Positions 39,621-51,284 of a DNA stretch of 64,000 bases are shown piece by piece (positions within the stretch are counted from its first letter, which is position 1; every line of letters begins with the position of its first letter). The stretch is from the NCBI GenBank assembly GCA_010093815.1, contig ML996566.1, one strand, 5' to 3'. The notes under the pieces are model-generated. The model was given only the letters and a program-made list of their open reading frames with translations. It had not been told where the DNA came from and made no database searches. The DNA is from Pseudovirgaria hyperparasitica (taxonomy: Eukaryota). The translations under genes and the position numbers were made by a program.

Positions 39621-41252
39621 TCAGGAGAAATCTTCTTGCTTGTTCTGGATATTCTCCTTGATACGTCTCAGTATCGCTGTCTTCCAGTCGTCAAGCTTAG
39701 ACATCTATCATCTTTTAACACTGTATTCGCAAAACGAAGCTCTTCTCAACATACCTGATCAAACAAATACAAGGCCTCAGAGAAAGCCTCATCATTGCCT
39801 TCATTTGCGGCCTCAGCCAGGTCAACAAGAAGTTTGTGCTCTCGTGCAATCGCGAAGTTGTTGTCAAGTGCTGCATACTCTGTAAATGCGTTGGTTGCTC
39901 CCAGTGTATCCTGTATATGCGTCAGGAATTTTTAAAAGGGTGTCTCAAATTGACCTACATTGGTAGCAAGGTGACAGATCCCAGCTTTGAAGAGATATTC
40001 CTTCGATGACATGTTAGGTTCTACTTCCAAATGCGATCAAAAGTCGACCTACTTTGACACTATATCGCATCAAATTGTTGGAGATGGATTGCTGCCGGAT
40101 GTTAGTCATTACATAGCCATTCAACAGTCAGTCCTACCTTGGCGACTTCGACGTAGTACCCAATGGCCTTGTAGTAGTCTCCTGCCAGTGCTGACAGATC
40201 TGCCGCCTTCAAGAAGTTCTTGTTGGCAAGTCTGTAACTATATCAGTGTTTTGTCGACTAAAGTGGATAATTTACATACGCGTCTGCGTTATCGTTCTGG
40301 TACCCCATCGCTGGTTTGTGTTAAACCCTGATGGATCAACAAGTCGTCGCCTTACCTGCAGTTTCATATTCTGCTAGGGCCCGCTACAAGTAATGTCAAT
40401 ATTGATCAGAACGTGGTATGTATTCACATACTTCATTGTCACCTAGTTCGATCTCATAGAGTTTCGCAAGGTCTTCACTGACTGGTATACACATGAGCAT
40501 GTCAGTGATCTAACCGGGTGGTCTATGAGAGACTGACACTTTGAAGCTCTTCGGAGATTGGTCTTTTTGAAATGATCAATAACCTGGCGGAGCGCACCGG
40601 CAGCAAGCTCCGGATGTGTCTTCCTCCATGTCTGCGGAATACATGAGTGAAAACGTTTCCATCGATCAGTAGGTGCGTACGTTGAAAGCCTCTACACGCA
40701 TATTCTAATGACAGTCAGAAGAGCTCAGGAATAAGATTTGTGGACGTACGGCAGCCTCATTTTCCATGTCTCTCATCTTGGTCTCATAGAAGGTCGCCAG
40801 GAACAGAAATGTGTCGCCTTGGTAAGGTAAGTGCCAAATCATATTATCAATCACGGCAACAGCGAAGCTCACCAGCCTCCTTATCTGCACAGTAGTGATT
40901 AGTGACTGTCACCTTGTGGCCATTGTAATGCTAACGAACATTGATGTTGAAGGCGGTATGCATTCGCAGCCTACGTCAAATCTGTGAGTACCGCCTTCGT
41001 GAGCACGTGAGCATCAGCCCTACCTCTCTGTATTTCTGTCCCGCCATGTCATCTGAAAGCTATTAGCTACAGTCTTGGATGGCTGTAAGCGGCTTCAACA
41101 GTTGTCTTCTTGGCTTCCTTTCATTTTGCTACTCAGATTATACCAAGCCACTGGTTTCGCCAGGGCTTCTGCCTACATCGCATATTAACACTCGGCGACC
41201 TAAATTCGTCGAGTCTACAGACCTCTTTGATAAGAACTCGTGGATCCGACAT
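39621..41252 (-). CDS. SEC17: Alpha-SNAP (Sec17), ~294 aa, 16 exons; absent from the ORF track
   Basis: Manual splicing of 15 GT-AG introns gives one open frame: MSDPRVLIKE...AANAYRLQ...NLRRASKFSEDLAKLYEIELGD...NDNADALANKNFLKAADLSALAGDYYKAI...NNLMRYSVKEYLFKAGICHLA...REHKLLVDL...FDQMSKLDDWKTAILRRIKENIQNKQEDFS*. Confidence 0.9.
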
Positions 41253-41564
41253 CGTGAAAGTAGTGTTAGTATGCAACTTGAAAGTATGGAGCTTGGGTGG
41301 GAGCAAATTGAGATACTTTACGATTCTATGTTTGGACAAAGAGGCGATAAAGGTGGAGGCCTGGGCTAGAAGTGGTGCTTGTGCATGCGGCACGTGATAA
41401 ATCCTGCTAACGATTTAGCGTTCGTCTAATACTAACCTCAGCTCATTCGATTGTGTTTTTTTCAACGTGCATCATCAAAATTGGCAAACATCTACACCTT
41501 CTGTCGCGTATGCTAACTCTCAGCTCACTCTTCTCACTCTCCAGACGGTGATCTTCACTAAACA

Positions 41565-42149
41565 ATGTTCTTTATGGTACGAGAAACAACAGTAAGGCCC
41601 CTCTTCACGACAATACGTCAGAATAGTCATGTCAGACAACTGTCCACGGTTCTTCCGTTGGGAAGTGAGATACTGCCCCGTATCGATGTTACAAAACTGC
41701 TTGCGACACCAACGTGGTCTGTGAGAGCTATATTACCGTCTACGTCCGCAAAAGCTACAGCTCCCGCGATTACATCCGCCCAATTACATCACCTATTACG
41801 TCTCTCTGCTTTACCTCTGCCGGCGTCGGATAAGGATGAACAGGATATGATGCAGGCATTAGAGTCTCACATTCATTTTGTGAAAGACATACAACGAGTG
41901 GAAACCAACGTAACTGTGCCTTTGCGTGCACTACGGGACGAATCTGAAGCCGCAGAGCTCCGGAACACAATAGACATGGGCGCACTCAAAGAGGCTCTGG
42001 AAAATGAGGAAGTTATCGGGAAGCACCATAAACGTATCAGGCGACGATGCTCCTCCACCGTCGTCGACACCTGGAATGTAACGGGCTATGCGGAACGCAT
42101 TGCTGGGAAACATTTCGTCGTGCATTCGGAAAAGCTACCAGGATCATGA
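41565..42149 (+). CDS. Mitochondrial Glu-tRNA(Gln) amidotransferase accessory subunit (GatF/GatC-like)
   Basis: Arg/Ser/Thr-rich presequence-like N-terminus. Motifs PTWSV, LHHLLRLSALP, HIHFVKDIQRV, PLRALRDE and HFVV. Confidence 0.75.
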   Translation: MFFMVRETTVRPLFTTIRQNSHVRQLSTVLPLGSEILPRIDVTKLLATPTWSVRAILPSTSAKATAPAITSAQLHHLLRLSALPLPASDKDEQDMMQALESHIHFVKDIQRVETNVTVPLRALRDESEAAELRNTIDMGALKEALENEEVIGKHHKRIRRRCSSTVVDTWNVTGYAERIAGKHFVVHSEKLPGS

Positions 42150-42531
42150 ACATGCTACTGCGCGTATATCTCACCTCCCGATCTCTCACCCGGCACCTCT
42201 GAGGACCATCGAAGCATATTGGAATAAAGCAGGTAGAACGACAAGAGTGGGCCTCGAACAATATGTACAAACACTCTCAGTACACTGCTTGTCAAATGTC
42301 TCGATAAATTGGTTAGATCCACTATACGCTATCTCGAGTAACAACGACAACCAGTGGCGGATGAGTGCGACTAAGTTCGCAACTTATTGAAGCTACCTTG
42401 AGCTCCTGGACCGAACAACTAGCCAACGTGCTCGAAGTATACCAAAGCCAAAACTCTATCTTCGATGGGGAAAGGACTGTGTGCCCTTTGATTCAACACA
42501 ATTTGCCTTCGGTAGACTACCTGCAATCGTC

Positions 42532-43149
42532 TTACTTATCCTCTGAGTTTTTCAATACCTTCGAACAACTCGAACATGACTGTTTGAAAGCATCACAAAA
42601 GCAGAACAGACCGGGCTCTAGAACCGGTATATCTGGTGTTTGCAGCCTTTCAAATCGAGGTGTGGGCGGCGGAAGTGGCAGGCTATCGTCGAGTCCAAAA
42701 GTCTGATGCCCTAAATCGTGCCTCCCCACTTTCGAATCATGGATTTCACGATCGACCTCTTGGCTTTTCAAGAAACACATCAGAGCTCGACGAGGTGTGT
42801 CAATACGTCCGCGGCCCGTCAGAGGAACCCCTTTATACAAGTCACGTGGCTGATCGGCCACCTCAGCCCTAGACGACACTCTCTCACTTATCTCTGGCTG
42901 CGTAGTATCTGGATACGCTAATGGGAAGAAATGGTTTACTGAAAGTCTAACAGTACTCTCTGGTTCGTTGTATACGTTGCTCGACAGCTCCGCTGCTGAA
43001 TATCGGCTTCCTAGCAGTGGGCCACAATGTTCGGTGGTGAAGCTTATCTGTCCGTTGACGCACTCCTGTTGACGAATATTTATGTTTTGACGTTCTATGG
43101 TCGACGCATGTGCATTGGTTCTGACCATGGTCACGGCAGAAGGAGACAT
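42532..43149 (-). CDS. Hypothetical protein (205 aa)
   Basis: ATG-initiated ORF with upstream TATAAA (~43314-43319, minus strand) and a CT-rich leader. No recognisable domain. C-terminal CFC..CSSC. Confidence 0.5.
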   Translation of the reverse strand: MSPSAVTMVRTNAHASTIERQNINIRQQECVNGQISFTTEHCGPLLGSRYSAAELSSNVYNEPESTVRLSVNHFFPLAYPDTTQPEISERVSSRAEVADQPRDLYKGVPLTGRGRIDTPRRALMCFLKSQEVDREIHDSKVGRHDLGHQTFGLDDSLPLPPPTPRFERLQTPDIPVLEPGLFCFCDAFKQSCSSCSKVLKNSEDK

Positions 43150-44603
43150 TGAAGTATGTGGAGAAGAATACTAGAGTACGACGCACCAGTCACGATGCAA
43201 ATTGTTGCAGTCGATTCTGTGGTGACTGGAAAGATATTTTGTGGTGGCTGCATTCGGACGCTGATGGGATGGAATGGAAAGAGAAGTGCGAAGAGGAGGG
43301 GGGACAGGCTGTGTTTATAGGTAGGTGCAATGCGCTATGAGGAACACCCTAATTAGCCTTGGCATCTCGCATCTGATTCGAACTCAGAATTACTCACAGA
43401 TCATCAGCATTTACAACTCATACTAGTAGGCTATGGCTTGCATGAGCTAGCGGTACAAAGTTCAGATTATTTCTTCTCCATGTAACCATTGCTCGAAGTC
43501 GTTGAGTCCGATACCGACACCTCGAAATGTCCCTTCATGTCACACTCACACCCTAGTCTTGCCTCGATGTAAAACTTACAAATCTTCTTACAATGTCTGG
43601 AAAGATTCATGAATTATCTAGCTCTATTTAGGATATTCTACCAAGTACCACAGTATGATCGTCACTCCCCAGCATTTCTTCATCCTCGGTGATACATGCA
43701 GCTTCACCAGTCCGAAGCCTTCTACCTAAATGAGTTTGACTCAACGTGAAAGAACAGTACACTTGATCAACCGGTGCCTCCACTAATGCAATCGATATAT
43801 TGATAGTGCTACGGTTAGTGTCTCCATAAAGATCTGTAGAAATACTAGGCCACTCTCAGGCAGCCGCTCTCAAAGCACATGTCCGTGAAGCCGTTGAGGT
43901 ACCTATGGTCTAGGCAATGTTGACGCATTAGTTGAAACAAAAATAGAGATCATAGTGTGCTAGAATTCATGACTAGATGACTTCGACTGATGACAAGTAT
44001 TCAGATTCAATAAGCCAGCTAAGCCCGCGTGGAAAAATTCATGAAGTGATAGACATTGTTGGATATTCCACATATTGACATGACTATTATCTTTAGCAAT
44101 CAGGTGCCTTATGAAATGCCACCAAGTATACACCTATTATAGTGTCATCATGCATTTAACGACTCGGGCATGCTCAAGACCTTTACTACCATAGGACCGA
44201 AAGCTAAAAGTAATCACGCAATGTAACAAAATCTAGTGGGATACAACCAAATCCAGCTACTTGGATATCCACAAATGTCGGTAACACGCGGTCATTCTCC
44301 GCATGGGCCATTGGACCAACTGGCAGCCATAACTATTCGCAACATTGAGTCGGATATGAAGGGTAGGCTCTGGTAGAAGGATAAGCCGCCTTAACAATGT
44401 CCTTACGGCGGCATTCACCTCTATGTGTCAACCTTGTTCACGTTACCTGCACTGTGACACACTGATCATTGTTCTCAAGCAATATGCATGGATCTACGCG
44501 TTGTTTACGCGCAGCTTTACTCTTACCTGTCTTCTCCTGGTCGCTCTCGTTTTCTCACTTAATCTATCCCAACGATCGCTTGGTGCCATCATACCTTATC
44601 CAT

Positions 44604-45721
44604 ATGGCAAAACTTTCTACAGCCATGACTTCTCACTACGGAAACCCCAGACATGTCACGAAGCCTGCCAAACACTCGGATTCCATCGACGGGGCGGACA
44701 TCGAGTGGAGAAGATTCGTGAGGACACTTATACGCGTTGCCCTGTTGCTCTACATGACTATGACCGCTGTACTGTATTGGTTTGCCTACGACTGGCGTTG
44801 GATTTTCTACGAACTCAACAAATGGTTCCTCACCGCTCACTTGAGCGTCGCCTTTTACGCTTTCCTGCGGAACGAAGGTATAACTGACCTAGCCCTGAAG
44901 GCCATCTATGACGCAGTCCCAGTCGTTTTTGAATGGATACACAGCGCTAGGCGCATCTACCAGTGGTCGACTGTATCCATCATTAGTCAGTTGACAGCAC
45001 GATGGGAGTATCTCGCCACAATGTGCGAGAATGCAGTACCCGGCTGGGCTGTCATGGTATGGCACAGTCGTGTATTCTCCTTGGTCAAGTGCAGTCTAAG
45101 ATTGGTATGGCTTAGTCCACAAGCTTCGGATGTGGACGCATTCATATTGGCATGGAGGAGGCTCTGGTGGAAGAACGAGAAGACTGAGACTACCCCACCT
45201 TCATCACCTCTGATACAAAACACCCCAGGCTATTTCCCGGTAGACCGAGCATCCAGTCCAGCCGATGACGAAAGTCTCCTCGAACAAACGCGATGTCCCA
45301 AAGAGCTACCATACGGTGAGTTGACTTATCCCTCTATCGGGAGGCCACTACCGGAAGTTCCAGTGGAAGCATCTACAGGCCGCACAGGTTCCACGGCTTT
45401 CATGTATTTCGATTCTCAGAGACGCTAACGGCATCATATCCAGCTTCTATAGGCCCTGATAGCCCCGAAATGTCGAAGATAATTATCTCACCTACGTCTT
45501 CAGCCCTCCAAGGCGCAACTCCGACCTACAGTGTGGACTATTCGATGGTAGGCGCTCTTGACGTCCCCCTCGGCGAGACTGCTGACGGCATGTCCTCTCG
45601 AGACAAGCTGACTCCGGCATCGCGATCAGTGCTATGCGACTACGCCTGGAAGGGACAAGGACCGCCGCAGAAGAGTGACGCAAGGAACAGGATTCAAGAC
45701 ATCTTGGAGGTCGACACATAA
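44604..45721 (+). CDS. Hypothetical membrane protein with Trp-rich TM region and Pro/Ser-rich tail; 2 exons
   Basis: The 319-aa and 83-aa ORFs join in frame through intron 45388-45443 (GTTCCA...GCTAAC...CAG). Hydrophobic segment ALLLYMTMTAVLYWFAYDW. Confidence 0.6.
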
Positions 45722-46031
45722 AAGTAACTTCGCCGAGTGATTCGCCACATGTTTTTCCTGTGGCGGGGTTGTTGTGCGAAAAGAACATGATGACTCGCCT
45801 GTACATCGTGTCATTTTCGCTACGGATGTCGCTATGCTATGACAGTAAGTCATATTGGACTGCTGATCTGCTATACTTAATGTAGAAAGGAAATTCTTTT
45901 GTCTATACCAAAGAGCTGTGCCAGATGCATGACGTTACCATAGATTTTGTGTGTCCTCCTAACAATGCTTGATAGCAACGCAAAGTACATGGGAAGAATG
46001 CCTCTTGATCGTGACACTTCTCTGAGATCTA

Positions 46032-46993
46032 TCAATACGTCGCCGGCAGCATTCCTATCCTCCCACCATCCGAGATCTGGATCGATCCATTCATATACGC
46101 GGCTCCGGGACTCATCAAGAACATTGCCAGCCCTGCAATATCCTCCTCGGTCCCTGTCCGCTTCAAAGGACAAATTTGCGCTGGCAGATTCCCCTCGATC
46201 CGCGGATTATTATTCTGCATCCACGGCATATGCTGCACCATCTCCGTCGGATAGGCCCCCGGCGCGATACCATTACACCGTATCATGTAGGGCGCAAGAC
46301 ACGTCGATAGTTGTTTTACTATATGCGTCGCTGCACACTTGCTGATGCTATAGGCGAAGCCATTTGCAGGGCTACGACTATAAGCGGCAATTGAGGTAGT
46401 GATAATGACTTGCGCCTTGGGTGCGGGAGTGCCAGTGGACTTCGTGTTGCCGGAATCAAGGAGGTCGAGAAATGCAACAGCGGTGTAGAAAGCGCCGCTG
46501 ATGTTGATCTCCAGTGTTGAAGTGAAATCTTCCATTGGAGTCTGCCATAGTGTTGACTGGAGCTCGCTCAGCCCCGGGACTCGTCCGTCGGCGAACAGTT
46601 CGTATGTGTTAGGGCCAATGGAGCCGTGATTGATAAATAAGACGTTGATGTAGCCCTGCTCAGTCCTTACTAGCTCTGCCGCCGCCGCGATCGAGCCCTT
46701 GGAGCTGACGTCTGTGACAATGGGTATTATGCTGCCATTTTTGGCATTCTTGGCGGTTTTACTGAGGGCATCTGCGCGACGTCCAAGAATATATATAGCT
46801 TTGGCACCATTCCACTGAAAGGCATAGAGTGGCAGTTAGTGAAGTCCTCCGTCGCAGGCATATAATTGAAATGATTGAACCTCACGTCAAGAGCTTGGGC
46901 TACAGCTGCACCCATGCCAGATCCTCCACCTGTGATGACAACTACGAGGTCTTTCACGCTGAACAAAGTATTCGTGTCATAATTCGGAGCCAT
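46032..46993 (-). CDS. Short-chain dehydrogenase/reductase (classical SDR); 2 exons
   Basis: VVVITGGGSGMG, intron 46815-46885, INVLFINHG, TTSIAA, catalytic YSISK, IRCNGIAPG and DGG. Confidence 0.92.
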
Positions 46994-49900
46994 TATTAAG
47001 GTTAGTAGGCAGAAATACTAAGAGTTATGTTCCGGAACTATGTAAGAACCCGCGGTGTCACCCTGTATAGGCTGCAGATAAGGCATTGAGACATACTTTT
47101 TTTTTAATATCAGTTAGTGCGTTGTCGTGTATCGCAAGAGAGGAAATAAGCGCTCCTGTAAAAGTCAGTCTCGATCATGCACGCTTACGTCAGACGACCT
47201 TTGTACCGCATTTACTTACTCTGGTGCTTATTCCGGTGCTCTAAGCCTGCAATACAGGATGTCTCTTGACAGCAGGTAATGATCAGCTGTATGTTCGTAC
47301 TTTCTGCATCATATTTAGGCGTGGTAAGAATCATTGATTTGTCATTGCATGGGTCAAACATCCAAAACAGGTCTCTCCAGCCGGGTGTCTACTCAGCAAG
47401 CAGTCATTTGGCCTTGTAAAATCCAGATCTTGCCTACCATTATCGAAAGGATATATCTTTTAGATTAGGAAGGTATAATACTCTGACCAACTTGATGCCC
47501 AGGACTCCACATGAGAATGCATCGGACATTCTTGTTCGTTCAGCATCGGATCATTCCTCGTGCATCCAACTAGTACGCATCCATCATTTTAGACGGGATG
47601 CTCGCATGGAGAACTGATCACCTGACAGGATTCGCAATCGATTCCAGGTCCGATAGGCAGATGCACTCTGATCACGAAACTAGCTGCTTTGGTCTGCTTC
47701 TAGGATACCCTGGCTGGTCTCGTAGTTCGAAGCTTTGCCGAGAACCTCTGGAGGGTATATATTCCCTTGCATGTTGGAAACACGAGGACTTGAGGGTAAA
47801 TCTGAAGCCTGTAAAGCATGGTGAGCATAGATTCGGAGAAGACTGCCATTAATCAATGGATCAAATGAGCCAGTTTTCCGGTTCACACCTTCGGAAGCAA
47901 AAGCTTCTATGGTATAGAAAAGGCCGATCTTGTCCCCAGACGAGTTGCTCTGAGCAAGACCAGCTGCAATCAAGGTCACAATGTCTTACCAGGTCTCCAG
48001 GTGCATCTTGCGTACGTATGCCCAGGTACGTGAAGTCCATGCGAGTAAAGTGTGGTCGCGAGCCGTCAGCGCGCCGGAAGGTCGATGACCACAGGTCTCG
48101 TCTTCCAGGACTAGTACTTGCGTACGTTTTGGCACACCGCTTTGCGATGTACGATTGTGCCAACGTCCATATTCACCAGGGCTCGTCGCGACACCAATTT
48201 AAAACATCGGTTCTTTTTCCAATGACATAGCTTGGTCTCGCAGCAAAATCGCCATAACTGTCGTATCAGCTGTAACATGCATGCTATCTAACGCGACCAA
48301 ACCGTCCTTGATGCTTTCTAAGAAACATGCGGTTTGGTAAGCTGCGCTGCAAGTTGAGCCTAGTGAGAGACTTTAGTATCTCGGCGTCGAGTGCGACCGC
48401 TGCGGAAACTGTGGGATGTATAATATGTCGGACAAGGCTGGCGATAAAGATAAAGCAGGCCGTGTGAGCCTCTGCCGTAACGGGCTCCAGAAAGTGTGTC
48501 AGGACAATAGGACAAGAACAGCGCCAATCAAGTAGTTGCCCAGAAGGCGACCAGGCTAAGAGTACTGAGCTGCCGTCTGACCAACATGCATTTCAGAGGA
48601 CTGCTACATAGTCCTAGCAGCAATGAAAGAGGACAGGCTTCGGATGGATCATGATCTTTGAGGTGCGCCAGATTACGAATGCCGTTAGCGCAGAGATACT
48701 GCGGCAACTACCGGTTGATGGCGTGAATCGCGATACGGCAATGTCTCATTCATAATCCGTAGCCTTCTGAATCTTTGTTGTCGAATCGCATCACAGCGAT
48801 TGACAGGAAGCTGCGCTACACCGGTACTTGTCCACAAGTCCAGCTTGACTACGATCGGGCAACAACGCCGCCGTCATTGGTATTCGAGAATCCGATTTCG
48901 TTCCTCTGTCGTGGCTGAACGTTATCGAAAGTGCAACTGTTGGAAAGGCGTTTCTGTGGACCGGCCATTCCGACGAAGAGCCTCCAAGAGAGGGCGAAGA
49001 CAAGGATCACTGCTGTGGCCTGCAGAAGATCTCCACTCGAGGCTGCAAGTCCGCACGAGGTGCTCGAGATCGGCGCTGCATGCAGGTGCTTTCTTTAGCG
49101 TATAGCGTTTCGGATGGATCATGGAACCATTGGAACGAGGCGACGGAATATGCATGGATCTCTGAAGTCGCGTTCGCTGCAGTCTTTGAATGTTGGCGTA
49201 CATGATGCAGCTCAACAAGGCGCAAACCGTGCATGCCTGACACTTATGTTCATCGCGTGATGAGTCGAAGATGTCCGCCTGATAACATAACACGGATCTG
49301 GACTTTATTTGCCTGATGCAGCGTAGCACAAGGTGGATGGAGTCGTAACTGGTCGGAAACCTTTATACACGAGACATTGGCGTCCTGATTCTGCTTCGGA
49401 CTTTGACGTCGCCGACCTCGGTCTAGATAACGCCAGGGCTAGCTGGTAGAGGTCCGCCAGTCCGGATAAATGTCCATTTGTCGGGGCTTGCTGTCTCTTT
49501 GAATCTCTCGCTGCTGCGACCCAGAAATCGAATTTTTGATACTCCGCGGGATACATCCCTCGGACACATCTGCTCATGCTGGGAAAGTCCATCTGAATGT
49601 CTCGTGTTGCAGCCAGATGAGTTCTGTTGCATGTATCAAGCTCACCCCGCAGTAGAGCGGTGTGTAGTCATGTTATCCCTTAGAAAGTATGCCTATACGT
49701 TGCCAAGCTCTCGCGAACTTTAAATCCATAGAATACGGAGCTTGAGAGCGGTGAAAATCACTTTTGTGTCCCGAGCAGCGTGTCGGCCAAATTCGCAGTG
49801 TATCTGCTGATAGCCAGGGAAGATGGAACGATCATCAGTGTCAAAGCACAGTTGAATAGCATTAAAAAGAAATGAGATTTGGGTATATAGTGCTGATCAC

Positions 49901-50790
49901 AAACCTATTGATGTGCAGCGAGTTATCCACCTTAGAAACAAGCAGAGTTCCAACATCCTCACATTGCAGACGCGCAGGTCTTGATCGACACTTGCTCTGG
50001 GAGGGAACGCCAGGTCCTCCAGAAAGATTTTGTAATGTTACATAAACATTGCAACTGACGGCTGCGTAATCACCAAAAATGGTGACACGAGATGAAGAAC
50101 CGACGAAACCACCCCTTGTCACGCCGCGATGCGTTGCATCATGACAAAAGTCAAGCCAGTGACGGGACGAAGGCCACCAATGCTAGCCTTGAAACAGCGA
50201 AATAAAAGTGAAAGAAAAGCTTAAGTTAGAATGTTTGACGACTCCAGGCTGTAAAAGTACAGAGCCGAGCGGTATGCTCGTTGCAAGACACGGGGCCTAC
50301 GATCCGAAAGGGGGAAACTGTGTTGAGTAGAAGTGCCGTAAGACACGAAAGCCTGGACTGGAATCGGATTGGGACTGATACGCCGCGGCAGACAAGCTGA
50401 TGGTCTCCAGTAGAATATATGAGGCCACTATGCAACAGGAAGCAGCGAATGAGGAAGCGGAAAGTGCTCATTAATACGAGAGAGCTGAGGTGGCCAGAAA
50501 GGATAGTTGCACGAATATGGTGTAGGTCCTCTCCTGATGTTATTATGCCTTCTTCAACACAATGCTAAAAAAGAAGCCGAGCCGAGCCTAGATCCATAGC
50601 TGACGCACCGTTGCCGATCGTCGAGGTGACGCAGAATGCTGTGGCCCAGATTTACACACTCTACGACCAAGTTAGCATATCTGTTCTACGCCTTGTGTGG
50701 TAAGACCCTGGAGCTAGAAATATAGTAGGCGGTTCTGGTGCTTGTGTTCTCACGGAAGACAATGAAGTAACAACTTACAGAATGAAAATA

Positions 50791-50955
50791 TTAATGCTTC
50801 TGTGAGCAAGGGGTGCAGGTTCTCAACTTGCAATTGCGACATTCGTAGATATACCAGTGTGGTCCGGAGTGACACAGCTGACAGTTCCATACTATCAGGG
50901 TCGTATCTGATTTGATGACTTGGAAAGAGTGTTGGCAAGTTCCTGAGGCAGCCAT
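50791..50955 (-). CDS. 54-aa Cys/His-rich zinc-finger microprotein (C1/ZZ-like spacing)
   Basis: MAASGTCQHSFQVIKSDTTLIVWNCQLCHSGPHWYIYECRNCKLRTCTPCSQKH*. Good start context (GCAATGG), upstream intron 50981-51036 and TATATAAA at 51285-51292. Below the 60-aa cutoff of the ORF track. Confidence 0.8.
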   Translation of the reverse strand: MAASGTCQHSFQVIKSDTTLIVWNCQLCHSGPHWYIYECRNCKLRTCTPCSQKH

Positions 50956-51284
50956 TGCGATTGAGTGCTTGGTGTAGGATCTGTCGTGGGGTCAATGGTG
51001 GAGGGGGCGTGTCTATAAGTGTGGTCTGAAGCTTACCTGAATATGGAGTTCCTGATATGCAGATGTGGAGAACGATGGTAAGGATTGGCGATAGACGGTG
51101 TAAGCAACGGAAGTGAGAACAAAAGCAATGATGGTTTAAGTACACCAATGATCGATCTAGGCAGCACTGAAAGCGGTGGGCCTAGGTGTTAATGGTTCAA
51201 ATTGGTCTTTGAGAGGAGATCCTTGATCATAAGCGAGTGTTGGCAATGAAGTGACAGGTTGTCGATGCAGGTAGTCAGGGTATG

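Noticed and set aside
41053..41100. In-frame TGA suggesting SEC17 is a pseudogene
   Set aside because: It lies in a 47-nt intron (GTTGAA...GCTAAT...CAG), and splicing restores the frame.
41133..41393. 86-aa ORF as an N-terminal extension of Sec17
   Set aside because: It starts at GTG, and similarity to Sec17 begins at MSDPR (41252).
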